The notes: generated by a model from the letters alone, not told the origin. Shown: positions 9,730 through 20,914, counted from the stretch's first letter. The stretch: 64,000 bases of DNA from Anaeromyxobacter sp. (GCA_049840735.1 JASGJN010000021.1:1-64000); one strand, 5' to 3'. Made by a program: numbers and translations.

Positions 9730-10518
9730 CTAGGTGGCCGGCTCGGGCTGGTCCTTCTTGCCGAGGATGCGGGCCAGGATGATCCCGATCTCGTAGAACA
9801 GGATCATCGGGATGGCCATCAGCGCCAGGTTGATGGGGTCGCCGGTGGGGGTGATGATCGCGGCGGCCACCACGTTCACCACGATGGCGATCCGGCGGTA
9901 CTTGGCCAGGGTCTTCCAGTTCACCAGGCCGATCATCGCCAGGAAGGCGATGACCACCGGCACCTCGAACACGACCCCGAAGCCGAGCAGCATGGCCAGC
10001 GCCAGGCCGAAGGTCTGGTCGAGCGTCAGGCTGGCCTCCAGGTTCGGGCTGGCGACGGCGAGCATGGCCGGGAAGGCCTGGGGCATCACCAGCCAGTAGC
10101 AGAACGCGGCGCCGGCGTAGAACAGCAGCGTCCCGAAGATCAGGAACGGGACGACGACCTTCTTCTCCTTCTTGTACAGCCCCGGCGCGACGAACTGCCA
10201 GAGCTGGTACAGCACCCACGGCGCGGCCACGAACAGCCCGCCGTACATGGCCACCTTGAAGTAGACCATGAGCGGCTCGACCGGCGTCAGGTACTTGATG
10301 TTCTGGTGGTCCTCCGGGAGCGCCTCGCGGACGAAGCGCAGCAGCCCGTCGGTCAGCTCCGGCACCCAGTAGCCGATCACCGCCATGCCCACCGCGAGCC
10401 CCATCAGCGCGAGCTTCAGCCGCTGGCGCAGGTCGCGCAGGTGCTCCATGAAGGTGAGCCTGACCTCGCCCTCGGGCTCCTTGGCGCCGGGCGGCAGCTG
10501 CGGGGCGGGGGCGTTCAT
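9730..10518 (-). CDS. tatC: Twin-arginine translocase subunit TatC
   Basis: MEHLRDLRQRL, QLWQFVAPGLYKKEK, FEVPVV, AAIITPTGDP and LFYEIGI. Confidence 0.96.
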   Translation of the reverse strand: MNAPAPQLPPGAKEPEGEVRLTFMEHLRDLRQRLKLALMGLAVGMAVIGYWVPELTDGLLRFVREALPEDHQNIKYLTPVEPLMVYFKVAMYGGLFVAAPWVLYQLWQFVAPGLYKKEKKVVVPFLIFGTLLFYAGAAFCYWLVMPQAFPAMLAVASPNLEASLTLDQTFGLALAMLLGFGVVFEVPVVIAFLAMIGLVNWKTLAKYRRIAIVVNVVAAAIITPTGDPINLALMAIPMILFYEIGIILARILGKKDQPEPAT

Positions 10519-10862
10519 GCGGTCGGGACGCTCGGGCTGGAGGAGGGGGCGGCGGCCAGGTCAGGCTCGGCCAGCGCGGCCTCGAGCCCGGGCACGTTGT
10601 CGATGCTGGCCGGCGGCGGCGGCCCGGCGGGCCCGGGCACCTGCGGGACGCCGAGCGGGACCGGCGGCACCAGCGACGGCTTGGGCCGCGTGTCGGCGTA
10701 CAGCTCGGTCTCGATCTGGCCCTTGATGTCGTCGGTGGCGGACTTGAACTGCCGCATGAGCTTGCCGGCCTGCTTCGCGGCCTCCGGCAGCTTGTCGGGG
10801 CCGAGCAGCAGGAGCGCGAGCACCGCGATGATGACGAGCTCACCGAAGGAGAGGCCGAACAT
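10515..10862 (-). CDS. tatB: Twin-arginine translocase subunit TatB (TatA/B family)
   Basis: MFGLSFGELVIIAVLALLLLGPDKLPEAAKQAGK. Overlaps the tatC start by 4 nt. Confidence 0.9.
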   Translation of the reverse strand: MFGLSFGELVIIAVLALLLLGPDKLPEAAKQAGKLMRQFKSATDDIKGQIETELYADTRPKPSLVPPVPLGVPQVPGPAGPPPPASIDNVPGLEAALAEPDLAAAPSSSPSVPTA

Positions 10863-10951
10863 GTGGACGACCCTATAACACGTCGGATTCCGGGTTGCTT
10901 CCGGGCAAGTAGCGTTGCGGCCCGGTCCGGGCGCACCTAACGTCCACGCGC

Positions 10952-11390
10952 ATGGCCTACTGGCTGCTCAAGACCGAGCCCGACGTCTACGGGTGGGAGG
11001 ACCTGGTGCGAGAGGGACGCACCGCCTGGACCGGGGTGTCGAACCCCCAGGCCCAGAAGAACCTGCGCGCGATGAAGCCCGGGGACCGGGCCGTCATCTA
11101 CCACTCCGGCGAGAAGCGCGCCGTGGGGGTGGCGGAGGTGGTCAAGACCGCCTACCCGGACCCTACCGCCGAGGGGGAGACGGTCTGCGTGGACGTGAAG
11201 CCGGGGGAGCCCCTGCCGGCACCGGTCCCGCTGGAGGCCTTGAAGCAGGAGGCGGCCTTCGAGGGCTCGGCGCTGCTGCGCCAGGGCCGCCTCTCCGTGG
11301 TCCCGCTGGTCCCGGCGGAGTGGAAGGCGCTGACCGCGCTGGCCGAGGTGATCGCGAAGACCGGGGCTGAAGCGGAAGAAGCGGTTCTAG
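10952..11390 (+). CDS. EVE domain protein (probable extra G near 11365)
   Basis: MAYWLLKTEP...WTGVSNPQAQKNLRAMKPGD...IYHSG...RLSVVP. Removing one G from CCGGGGCTG gives the ending ...TGLKRKKRF*, with TAG at 11388-11390. Confidence 0.85.
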
Positions 11391-11541
11391 CAGGAGGCCT
11401 CAGGCGTCAAGGGGAGCGGCGCCGCACACGGAGTCCGGCACGCGCGCGGAGCGGCACGAACAGCCGGGCCGCAGCAAGTCCGAGCGCAGCGGCCGCTCCG
11501 GAGGCGCGGAGGGACGACTCCCAGCGGGACCACGACCGGGC

Positions 11542-11622
11542 CCGTTCGCCCTTCGACAGGCTCAGGGCGAACGGATTGACGTTCGCGGCGGCCCGCATCA
11601 CGCGCTGACAGGCTCGGGCGAA
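11542..11622. repeat. REP-like hairpin plus degenerate direct repeat between convergent genes
   Basis: CCGTTCGCCCT-tcgacaggctc-AGGGCGAACGG forms an 11-bp perfect stem at 11542-11574. GACAGGCTC(A)GGGCGAA is repeated at 11607-11622. Confidence 0.6.
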
Positions 11623-11671
11623 GGGTGTGCAGCGCCCGGGCGGTTCGTACCTGCTTCGCCGCCCCGGCCGG

Positions 11672-13763
11672 CTAGATCTTGAACCGCCGGACCTCGCCGC
11701 GCAGCGAGTCGGCCTGGCTGGCCAGGTCCACGATGGCGGACTCCAGATCGCGGACCGAGTGCGTCTGCGCCTCGGCCACCTGCTTGATCTGCACGACCGC
11801 GGTCATCACCTGCTCGGAGCCCTTGGTCTGCTCCTTCTGCGCGCGGTTCAGGTGGTGGACCATCTCCGAGATCGACTCGATGGCGCGGGTGATCTGCTTC
11901 GACCCGCGGGCCTGCTCCTGCGCCGAGCGCTCCACGTGCTTGGTGATGGCCTTCATCTTCTCCGCGGACTTCATGATCTGCTCGGAGCCGCGCGCCTGCT
12001 CGGCCGTGGCGGTGGCGATTCTGCTGCACCGTCTCGGCGATGCGGTTGATGGCCATCGTGACCTGCTTCGAGCCGCGCGCCTGCTCGATGGTGGCGCGGG
12101 CGATGGCCTTCACCATCTGCGTCGACTTCTGCGAGGACTCCTGGATCTTCTTGAGCGCCGTCTCGGTCTCCTGGCCCAGGCGGACGCCCTCCTCGACGTT
12201 CCGGACGCCGCGGTCCATGGCCGTGACCGCCAGCTTCGAGGACTCCTGCACCGCCCGGATCAGCTCGGAGATCTCCTTGGTGGAGGCGCCCGTGCGCTCG
12301 GCCAGGTCCTTGATCTCGTCGGCGACCACCGCGAAGCCCTTGCCGTGCTCGCCCGACTGCGCCGCCAGGATGGCCGCGTTGAGGGCCAGGAGGTTGGTCT
12401 GCTCGGCCACGTCGTCGATCACGTTCAGGATGTTGCCGATGGCGGCGATCTTGTTCCCCAGCTGCTCGATGACGCTGGCGGCCTCCTTCGACGACTCCTT
12501 GATCTTGTCGATGCCGCCCAGGGTGCGGGAGAGCGCCTCCGCGCCCGACTCGGCGTCGCGCTGCGCCTGCTCGGAGAGCTTGGCCGTCTCGTTGGCGTTG
12601 GTCTCCACCTGCGAGATGGAGACGTCCATCTCGTTCATCGACGAGCTCGTCTCCTCGGTGGTGGCCGACAGCTCCTCGATGTTCTTGGCCACCTCCTTGA
12701 TCGAGTAGGTCATCTGCTCGATGGCGGCGGTGGTCTCCTCCACCGAGGCGGCCAGGGCCTGGATGTTCTCGGCCACCTCGTCGTTGGTGGCGGCCATCTC
12801 GAGGATCGAGGAGGAGGACTCCTCGGCGCTCTGGGCCAGCACCTCGACGTTGTCGGCGATGCCCTTGAGCGAGGCGATCATGTCGCCCATGGAGGCCGAG
12901 GTGTCCACCACGCGGGCCGAGACCGTGCCCGCGCCGGACGAGACCGCCGCGCCCGTGCGCGAGATCCGCTCGATGATGGTGGCCACGCTCCCGGTCACGT
13001 TCTGGACCCGGGAGAGCGTGGCGGCCAGGTTCTCGCCGATCCGGTTGAGCGACTCGGCCAGCGTGCCCAGCTCGTCGTCGCTGGACTTGGCGATGCGGGC
13101 GGTCAGGTCGCAGTCCGAGACCTTGCGCGCCACCCCGCTCATCTCGTCGATGGGGCGGAGCACGAAGCGGGAGACGAAGAGGTAGACCAGCGCCGAGAGC
13201 AGCGCGTACCCCAGCGCCAGCACGCCCATCAGCGGCAGCGTCATCTCGCGGACCTGGTGGTCGATGCGCGAGCCGTTGAGCCCCAGCAGCACCCACCCCA
13301 CCGGCCGCTCCCCGGTCTCCCCCGCCGTCCGGCCGATCACCGCCTGGGTGACGCGGATGGCGCCGTCCTCGCCGGTGAAGAAGGGCGTCGAGGCCAGCCC
13401 GGCGCGGCGGTGGGCCGCGACCTCCTCCTCGGTCCGGCCGCTGTAGCCGGCCCCCGTCTTCTCCGCCACCACCGTCAGGTCCTCGCCCAGCAGGATCACG
13501 TAGGCGTAGGAGGTGTCGTCCCAGATCTCGTTCAGCTCGTAGTGGAGCTGCGCAGTGCTGCCCGCCAGCAGCGGCGTGACCACGGTGGTGGCGTAGCTGC
13601 GCGCGCCGGCCTGGCCGTGCTCGCGCAGGGCGCTGCGGAGCGAGCTGCGGATGTTGCTGCTGGCCGCCCAGGCCGTGAGCAGGCCCGCGATGAGCAGCGC
13701 GCCCGTGATCGAGGCCACCAGCGTGGTCTTCACACCGAGCTTCTTCGCGATCCTGGTCAGCAT
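11672..13763 (-). CDS. Methyl-accepting chemotaxis protein (TM-sensor-TM-HAMP-long signalling domain); 1-nt insertion near 12019
   Basis: Hairpin tip [43 protein letters not shown] and HAMP RPIDEM...DELGTL. Correcting CAGAATC to CAGATC joins it to ORF 11672-11974. Start is 13763 or 13811. Confidence 0.92.
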
Positions 13764-13931
13764 CTGGGCGGGGTTCCTGGGCCCGGTGGCGCGCGGGGAG
13801 ACGCGCGACATTCCGGCCGTTTCCCGATGCTACCGGCGCTCCGGAGGGGGATCAAGGGAACGGCCGGCCCGGCGCGGCCGCCCGGGGGCGGCGCGGTGCG
13901 GCACCGGCGTGCGGGCGGGACCCACCCGCCC

Positions 13932-16499
13932 TCACTGCATGAACAGGTCCTGCACCTCGACCGCCTTCTGCTCCCCCGCGTCGAGGGTCGGCTCGGTGCC
14001 CGCCTTGAAGGGCTCCTGGACCGCCTTCGCGCCCGGCGCGGCCGCCTTGCCGGTCTCGGGGTCGATGCCGACCTCCACGATCCCCGCCGGCGGCGCGAAC
14101 TCCGGCTGGTCCCGCTGCTTGAGCGCCACGGACATGTAGTCCAGCCAGATGGGCAGGGCGGCGTGGCCGCCCGTCTCATAGCGGCCGAGCGGCGTCTCGT
14201 TGACGTCGTAGCCCAGCCAGACGCCGGTGGCGAGGTCGTGCGTGAACCCCACGAACCAGGTGTCGAAGGAGTCGTTGGTGGTGCCGGTCTTGCCGGCGGC
14301 CGGCTTGCCCAGCGCGGCGGCGCGGGCGCCGGTGCCCACCGTGGCCACCTCGCGCATGAGGTGCACCAGGATGTAGGCGGTGCGCGGGTCCATCACCTGC
14401 TCGCGGGGCCGGGTGACCTCGGCGTGGCCCGCCGCCAGCCGCGCGGAGAGCCCCACCCACGCGTCGCGGTAGTCGGCGTGGTCCTCCAGGACGTTGCCGT
14501 CCCGGTCCAGCACCCGCTTCACGAAGGTGGACGGGCGCTTCTCGCCGTAGCGGGCGAAGAGCGCGTAGACGTTGACCAGCTCCCAGGGGAGCACGCAGGA
14601 CGAGCCCAGCGCGCTGCCCAGCTCGAGCTTCACCGGCGTGGAGATCCCCAGGGTCCTGGCCCAGTCGGCCAGCACCTGCAGGCCGCCCGCCTTGTTGACC
14701 AGGGTCTGGTAGGTCTGCACGGCCGGGATGTTCATCGAGTTGATGAGCGCCGTGCGCATGGTCACGTCGCCCTTGAAGTCCTGGCCGTAGTTCTCCGGCT
14801 TCCAGCTGCTGGAGTCGTCGCGGTAGACCAGCGGTGCGTCGGTGATGAGCGTGGCCGGGGTGAAGTCGAGCTTCTCCACCGCCGCCGAGTAGACCACCGG
14901 CTTGAAGGCCGAGCCGGGCTGGCGGCAGGCCTGGAAGGCGCGGTTGAACTCGGAGGCCTCGAAGTCGTAGCCGCCCACCATGGCCGGCACGTAGCTGGTC
15001 CAGGGGTCCACCGAGACGAGCGCGCCCTGCAGCTTCGGGTCCTGCTCCAGGGAGAGGAGCAGCGGCGCCTCGGGGACCTCCTTGGCCTTGCCGATGGCCA
15101 GGTCCTTCTCCCGCGCCTGCAGCTCCTTGCGCTCCACCCGCCGGACCACGATCACGTCGCCCGCGCGCAGCGCGCTGGAGGGGCGCGTCACGAACGCGCC
15201 GTCGTAGCGGACCTCGGGGTTGGGCTTGCGCGCCCAGCGCATCCCGGAGATGGGGAGCAGCCCCTGCTCCTCCCCCACCCGCACGGCCACCTCGCCGGCC
15301 TTGTCGTCCACCCGCGTCACGACGCCGACCGCGTAGGCGCCCACCTCCAGCGAACCCCTGGGCCAGACGCGCGCCAGCCGCTCCAGCAGCGCCTTCTCCT
15401 CCGCGCCGGAGACCTGCGCCGCCGGCCCGTACCAGCCCTGCCGGTGGTCCACCTCCTGGAGCCCCCTCAGCATGGCCGCCTGCGCGGCGCGCTGCTTCTC
15501 CAGGTCCATGGCCATCTCGACCCGCAGGCCGTCCTGCAGCAGCCGCTCGTTCCCGTAGCGCTCCACGATCTGGCGCCGGACCGTCTCGACGTAGAAGGGG
15601 GCGGTCTCGCGGAACACGTCGTCCACGCCGAAGACCTTCACCTCGGCCTCGGCCGCCGCCGTCCGCTCGTCGTGGGTGACGAAGCGCTCCTCCTCCATGC
15701 GCCGCAGCACGTAGCGGCGCCGCTCCTTGGCGGCCTCGGGGCGCGTGAAGGGGGAGTAGCGCGAGGGGGCCTGCGGGAGGCCGGCGATCAGCGCCGCCTC
15801 CTCCAGCGTCAGGTCCTCCACGTTCTTCCGGTAGTAGTTCTCCGCCGCGGCCTGCACGCCGTAGGAGTGGTGGCCCAGGTAGACGCCGTTCAGGTAGAGC
15901 CAGAGGATCTGCTCCTTGGTGAACGCCGACTCCAGCCGGCGCGCCAGGATCAGCTCGCGGAGCTTGCGCGAGAGGCTCTTCCTGGTCCCCTGCTCGAACC
16001 CCTCGGCGCTGATGAGCAGCGCCTTGGCGGTCTGCTGGGTGATGGTCGAGCCGCCCTGCACCTTGCGGCGCAGCACGTAGGTGTTGACGGCGGCGCGGGC
16101 GGTGCCGAGCAGGTCGATGCCGCCGTGCTCGAAGAAGTGCTGGTCCTCGGAGGCGATGAAGGCCTGGATGAGCTGCCTGGGGATCCGCTCGTAGGGGACC
16201 ACCTTGCGCCGCTCGGTGAAGAACTCGCCCGCCAGCTGGCCGTCGGCCGAGATGGTCTCGGTGATGATGGGCGGCCGGTAGTCCGTGAGCCGCGGGATCT
16301 CCGGCAGGTTGCGGGAGAAGTAGACGTACCCGGCGATCACCGCCACCAGCCCGGCGTTCACCAGCGCCAGCAGGAGGAAGAGGCTCCAGCGGAGCAGGCG
16401 GCGGAGCGGTCGGCGGGGCGGCAGCCCCTGCAGCACGACGCGGCCCGGCGGCTCGCCCGGGGGGGCGGCGGGGGTGGAGGGATCGTTGGGAGCGCCCAT
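13932..16499 (-). CDS. mrcA: Class A penicillin-binding protein PBP1A
   Basis: Transglycosylase motifs EDQHFFEHGG, GGSTITQQ and RKLRE. Transpeptidase motifs SAFK, SMN and KTG. Confidence 0.93.
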   Translation of the reverse strand: MGAPNDPSTPAAPPGEPPGRVVLQGLPPRRPLRRLLRWSLFLLLALVNAGLVAVIAGYVYFSRNLPEIPRLTDYRPPIITETISADGQLAGEFFTERRKVVPYERIPRQLIQAFIASEDQHFFEHGGIDLLGTARAAVNTYVLRRKVQGGSTITQQTAKALLISAEGFEQGTRKSLSRKLRELILARRLESAFTKEQILWLYLNGVYLGHHSYGVQAAAENYYRKNVEDLTLEEAALIAGLPQAPSRYSPFTRPEAAKERRRYVLRRMEEERFVTHDERTAAAEAEVKVFGVDDVFRETAPFYVETVRRQIVERYGNERLLQDGLRVEMAMDLEKQRAAQAAMLRGLQEVDHRQGWYGPAAQVSGAEEKALLERLARVWPRGSLEVGAYAVGVVTRVDDKAGEVAVRVGEEQGLLPISGMRWARKPNPEVRYDGAFVTRPSSALRAGDVIVVRRVERKELQAREKDLAIGKAKEVPEAPLLLSLEQDPKLQGALVSVDPWTSYVPAMVGGYDFEASEFNRAFQACRQPGSAFKPVVYSAAVEKLDFTPATLITDAPLVYRDDSSSWKPENYGQDFKGDVTMRTALINSMNIPAVQTYQTLVNKAGGLQVLADWARTLGISTPVKLELGSALGSSCVLPWELVNVYALFARYGEKRPSTFVKRVLDRDGNVLEDHADYRDAWVGLSARLAAGHAEVTRPREQVMDPRTAYILVHLMREVATVGTGARAAALGKPAAGKTGTTNDSFDTWFVGFTHDLATGVWLGYDVNETPLGRYETGGHAALPIWLDYMSVALKQRDQPEFAPPAGIVEVGIDPETGKAAAPGAKAVQEPFKAGTEPTLDAGEQKAVEVQDLFMQ

Positions 16500-16534
16500 C
16501 GGTGGGCGAATCTATGCGCTGAGCGGGCGGGAGT

Positions 16535-17534
16535 TCAACGCTGGCGCGGCGAGGCGGGGCGCGGTGCCGCGCCGGGAGGGGGTGGCAGGTTGGCGCGGGA
16601 GAGGACGTCCACCAGCTCGGCCGGCAGCGGGGACTCCAGCCGGAGCTTCTCCCCCCGCAGGGGATGGGGCAGCTCCAGCTTCCAGGCGTGCAGCGCCATG
16701 CGCTTGAGCCCCCAGCGCGTGCGGGCGGTCCGGTTGAAGGCGAAGTCGCCGTAGCGGCGGTCCCCCGCCACCGGGTGGCCCACCGCCTCGAGGTGGCGCC
16801 GGATTCTGGTGCGTGCGGCCGGTCTCGATGGTGACCGCCAGCAGCGACAGCTCCTTCGAGGAGGAGACCACCTTCCAGCGGGTGAGCGCCTCCTGGAAGT
16901 TCACCCCGCGCTGCTCCTTGGAGCGCGCCGTCTGCTCGTGCTCGGAGAGCGGCTGGTCGATGGTGCCGGCCTCGCGCGGCATCTTCCCCTTCACCAGCGC
17001 CAGGTAGGTCTTGCGGATCTCCGACCCGTCGGTGAACAGCTCGGAGAGGGCCACCATGGCCTTGCGGTGCTTGGCCACCAGCACGATGCCGGAGGTCTCG
17101 CGGTCCAGCCGGTGCGCCGGCGAGGGGCGGAACTCGGTGGCGGGCAGGTCGTCCGGCGTCTTCAGATACGCGCGCGACATCTCCACCAGGGTCGCCCCCT
17201 CGATGCCGGTGCCGGGGTGGGCCGCCAGGCCGGCCGGCTTGTCGACCGCCAGCACGTCGGCGTCCTCGTGCAGCACGCCGAAGGTCACCTTCACCTTGCC
17301 GCCGCGCTCCGCGGCCGGCGCCTGCGCCAGCAGCCGCTCCTCGTCGCCGCGGATCACCACCACGTCGCCTGCCGCCACCAGCTGCTCGGCCTTCCCGCGC
17401 GCGCCGTTCACCCGGATCTTGCGGGTGCGGAACATCTTGTAGACGTGGCTGAGCGGGACGTCGCGGAGCGCCTTGCGGACGAGCTTGTCGAGCCGCTGGC
17501 CGGCCGCGTCCTCGGTGATGGTGAGCTGGATCAC
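16535..17534 (-). CDS. RluA-family pseudouridine synthase with S4 domain (RluC/D-like); 1-nt insertion near 16804
   Basis: GQRLDKLVRK (S4), VDKPAG and HRLDRETSG. Correcting CAGAATC to CAGATC restores TGRTHQIRRHL...GHPVAGDRRYG...ALHA. Confidence 0.92.
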
Positions 17535-17608
17535 GGCGGTGTTGTACCGGAGATCGGGCGGCAGGAGATCAGGATCCGGCGCGCAGGGCGCCGCCCGGCC
17601 CCTCGGCA

Positions 17609-19771
17609 TCAGGCCGGGCGCAGCGGCGGGAGGAGCACCGTGAAGGTCGACCCGCGCCCGGGCGCGCTCTCCACCTCGATGCGGCCGCCCAGCTCCCGGA
17701 CGATGGTGTGCGTCACCGAGAGGCCGAGCCCGGTCCCCTCGCCCACCGGGCGGGTGGTGTAGAAGGGCTCGAAGATCCGGCTGCGCACCGCCTCCTCCAT
17801 GCCCGCGCCGGTGTCGCGGATCCGGACCCGGACCTGCCCGCCCTCCAGCGCGCAGCCGACCGCCACCTCGTGCTCGGCCGGCGCGCCGCGGGGCAGCGCC
17901 TGGACGGCGTTCGTGAGCAGGTTGAGGAACACCTGGGCCAGCCGGTGCGGGCTGGCGAAGACCCTGGGCACCTCCTGCAGGTCGAGCCGCAGCTCGCCCC
18001 GGCTGCGGATTTGCCCCGCCACCTGCTCCAGCGCAGCCTCCAGCACCTCGCGCACGTCGGCGCTGGTCCGCTCGTCGCCCACGCGCGCCAGCGAGCGCAG
18101 GCCGCCCACGATGCGGCGCACCCGCTCCGCGCCGTGGGAGGCCTCGCGCAGCGCCTCGGTCACCTCGCCGAGCTGCTCCACCGGCACCGCCGCCGCGCCC
18201 CGGCCGCGCCCTTCCAGCGCGGCGCGCAGCTCCTCCAGCGCGAAGCCCACGTTGGAGACCACGTAGGAGAGCGGGTTGTTCATCTCGTGCGCCACCCCGG
18301 CGGCCAGCGTGCCCACCGAGGCCAGCCGCTCCGAGACGGCCAGGTGCTCCTGCAGCCGGCGCGCCTCGGTGATGTCGCGGAAGGTCCCGGCCACCCGCTG
18401 CGGCACGCCCGCCCCGGCCGCGATCTGCCGCCCGCGGACGTGGATCCAGCGCCAGGCGCCGCCGGCCACCTCGAAGCGGGCCTCGACGTCGAGCTGGCCC
18501 ACCTCCCCGGCCAGGTGCGCGTGGAGGACCGCCTTCAGCCGCTCGCGGTCGTCCGGGTGGACCAGCGCCAGCAGCTCGTCTCCCAGGCGCGGCGCGGACC
18601 GGCGCAGCATCCGGCCGAAGGCGCCGGAGAGGTGGAGCAGGTCGCCGTCCACCGAGAGGTCGAACACGCCGCTGTCGTCGCCGTCCAGCGCCAGCGCCAG
18701 CCGCTCCTCGCTCTCGCGCAGCGCCGCCTGCGTGCGCCGCGCCTCCACCGCGCCCCCCAGGATGCCGGCGGCGGCGGCCAGGAAGCGGGCGCCGTCGTCG
18801 TCGTGGCGCTCCAGCGGCGAGCAGGCGCGCAGCACGCCCAGCACCGCCCCCTGCGGCGAGCGGATGGGCACGGCGTAGGTGGTGCCGCCCCGCCCCGCGG
18901 GGCCGCGGGTGTCGAACTCCGGCGCCTCGCGCGGCGCCTGCCCGGGGCCGGGGCAGCGGCGATTGGCGCACCCCTGGCAGCGGCCCGAGCGCCCCAGCGC
19001 CCGCACCAGCCCGACCTCGTGCAGCGCGATGCTGGCCCCGGAGACGGGCACCGGCCCGTCGCCCTCCAGCGTGACCAGCGCCGCGTCGAGCAGCCCGGCC
19101 TCGTCGGCGGCGGAGAGCGCCGCTGAGCGCAGCGCGCCCAGGCCGCGCTCGGCGCGGTGGCTCCGCTCCAGCGCCTCGACCGCCTCGTAGCGGCGCAGCG
19201 CCTGGCCGACCAGCCCGCTGCATGCCTCCAGCGCCGCGAGGGCGGGCGCGTCCAGCAGGCCGGGGCGGCCGTCGGCCAGGTGGAGGGCGCCCATGGTGCG
19301 CCCGCCGGCCACGACGGGCGTGACGACCAGCGTGGCGAAGCCGGCGGCGTGGCAGCGGCCGCGGTAGCAGGCGCGGTCGCCCGGGGGCAGCGCCTGCAGG
19401 AACGCGCCCACGTTGGCCGCGTGCACGCCGCCGCCGGGGGTGGCCAGCGGCCCGTCCGCGCTGGCGAGCCGCCCCTGCACCACGCGCGTGCACAGGCACT
19501 CCTCGCGCAGGAGCTGGAGCCGGTTCTCGGAGGCCCAGGCCTCCGGGTCGAAGCCGGCCATGGCGCCGTACGGGATCTCGCCGTGGGCGTCGAGCACCCG
19601 CACGCCGGCCGCCTCGCAGCCGGCCCAGGTGCGCAGCAGGGCCACCACCGCCTGCAGGTAGGCGGCGCTGGCCTCGTGGGCGGCGAACGCCTCCAGCAGC
19701 CCGCGCGCCAGCGCGTCGCGGGATCGCTCCGCGGCCCGGGCGGGGGGCGTGATCTGTGCCGTGAGACTCAC
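17609..19771 (-). CDS. Cytoplasmic sensor histidine kinase (GAF-GAF-PAS-HisKA-HATPase)
   Basis: GVAHEMNNPL (H box), QVFLNLLTNA, DTGAGM, FEPFYTT and GTGLGLS. PAS motif VHPDDRE...WRWIHVRG. Start uncertain (GTG 19771 or ATG 19897). Confidence 0.88.
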   Translation of the reverse strand: MSLTAQITPPARAAERSRDALARGLLEAFAAHEASAAYLQAVVALLRTWAGCEAAGVRVLDAHGEIPYGAMAGFDPEAWASENRLQLLREECLCTRVVQGRLASADGPLATPGGGVHAANVGAFLQALPPGDRACYRGRCHAAGFATLVVTPVVAGGRTMGALHLADGRPGLLDAPALAALEACSGLVGQALRRYEAVEALERSHRAERGLGALRSAALSAADEAGLLDAALVTLEGDGPVPVSGASIALHEVGLVRALGRSGRCQGCANRRCPGPGQAPREAPEFDTRGPAGRGGTTYAVPIRSPQGAVLGVLRACSPLERHDDDGARFLAAAAGILGGAVEARRTQAALRESEERLALALDGDDSGVFDLSVDGDLLHLSGAFGRMLRRSAPRLGDELLALVHPDDRERLKAVLHAHLAGEVGQLDVEARFEVAGGAWRWIHVRGRQIAAGAGVPQRVAGTFRDITEARRLQEHLAVSERLASVGTLAAGVAHEMNNPLSYVVSNVGFALEELRAALEGRGRGAAAVPVEQLGEVTEALREASHGAERVRRIVGGLRSLARVGDERTSADVREVLEAALEQVAGQIRSRGELRLDLQEVPRVFASPHRLAQVFLNLLTNAVQALPRGAPAEHEVAVGCALEGGQVRVRIRDTGAGMEEAVRSRIFEPFYTTRPVGEGTGLGLSVTHTIVRELGGRIEVESAPGRGSTFTVLLPPLRPA

Positions 19772-19920
19772 CGGGCGCCCTGGGGCTGCAAGGGCGGGAC
19801 CTGAGGCGACGCGAGTGGTTCCAGCCTCCGGCGTCGTGCGGCGGCCCGGTCCGCCCCGACCTTGGGCAGGGGAAACCCCGCTGCCACCGCCGGCCATGTA
19901 GGGTGCGCGGCGGGCGAGGC

Positions 19921-20914
19921 CTACAGCAGCTCGAGCTGCTGCACCTCGCGCAGCGGCTCGGCGCGGATCCCCTCCTTGCGCAGCGCGGCCGCCAGCGGAG
20001 CGGCGTGGCCGTGCACGGTGAAGACGCGCCCGGCGCCGGTGGCCCGGGCGTAGCGGAGCAGCGAGGGGTAGTCGGCGTGATCCGAGAGCGGGAAGGCGGC
20101 GTCGCAGCCGCGGAACGCGCGCGTGCCGTCGATGGCCCAGCCGGAGAGGAAGGCGGTGCGCCGCCGCTTCACGCCGCGCATGGCCTGGCTCCAGGCCAGG
20201 TGCGGGGGGCAGACCACCACCTCGCCCGGCCCGGCGCCCTCCGGCCCCAGCGCGCGGACGTTGGCGAGCGGCAGCCCCTCGGCCTCGTAGACCTTGTCCA
20301 CCGCGTGGACCACCGGGTGGGCGCGGCAGGGGTAGCCCAGGTCGGAGAGGTACTTCAGGATCTCCCTGCGCCTTGCCCAGCGCGTAGCCCAGCAGCACCG
20401 GGGTGAGCCCGTCGGAGAGCGCGTCGTCCACGAACTTGCGGATGGCGGCCAGCACCTCGGACTTGGGCGGGAACACGTACCGCGGCAGGCCGAAGGTGGA
20501 CTCCAGCACCAGCACGTCGCAAGGCATCACCTCGGCCGGCTCGGCGGCGTGGGTGGGCTCGGTGCAGAGGTCGCCGGTGTAGCCCAGCGAGACGCCATCG
20601 CGGGTGACCCGGAGCTGCGCCGAGCCCAGCACGTGGCCGGCGGAGAAGAGCTCCAGCGTCAGCTCGCCCAGGCCGAAGGGGGCGCGGTAGCCGGCGGGCA
20701 GGGCCTCGGTCTTCTTGCGCTTTCCCTCGCCGAGCCGGTGGCGCATGAGCGCCAGGGTGGCGGAGGTGGCGATGGTCCGGTCGTGCCGCCCGATGTGATC
20801 GCCGTGGGCGTGCGAGACGAAGGCGCACTGCACCCGGCGCGTCGCGTCCAGGTGGAGGGCGGAATCGGCCACCCGGAGCCCGCCCCGGTGGAGTTCGACC
20901 AGCGGCCTTCGCAT
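19921..20914 (-). CDS. MBL-fold beta-CASP nuclease (ligase-associated DNA damage response exonuclease-like); extra G near 20366
   Basis: SHAHGDH, AGHVLGSAQ, YTGD, ESTFGLP and GYALGKAQ, then after frame correction LSDHAD and TVHG. Confidence 0.85.

Noticed and set aside
11391..11608. C-terminal extension of the EVE protein
   Set aside because: Read-through from a probable homopolymer error into intergenic repeat DNA.
11679..16754. 1691-aa plus-strand ORF and other long antisense ORFs (e.g. 1161-3827, 35049-38105, 53368-55863)
   Set aside because: Shadow frames of well-supported genes in very high-GC DNA, with no recognisable motifs.
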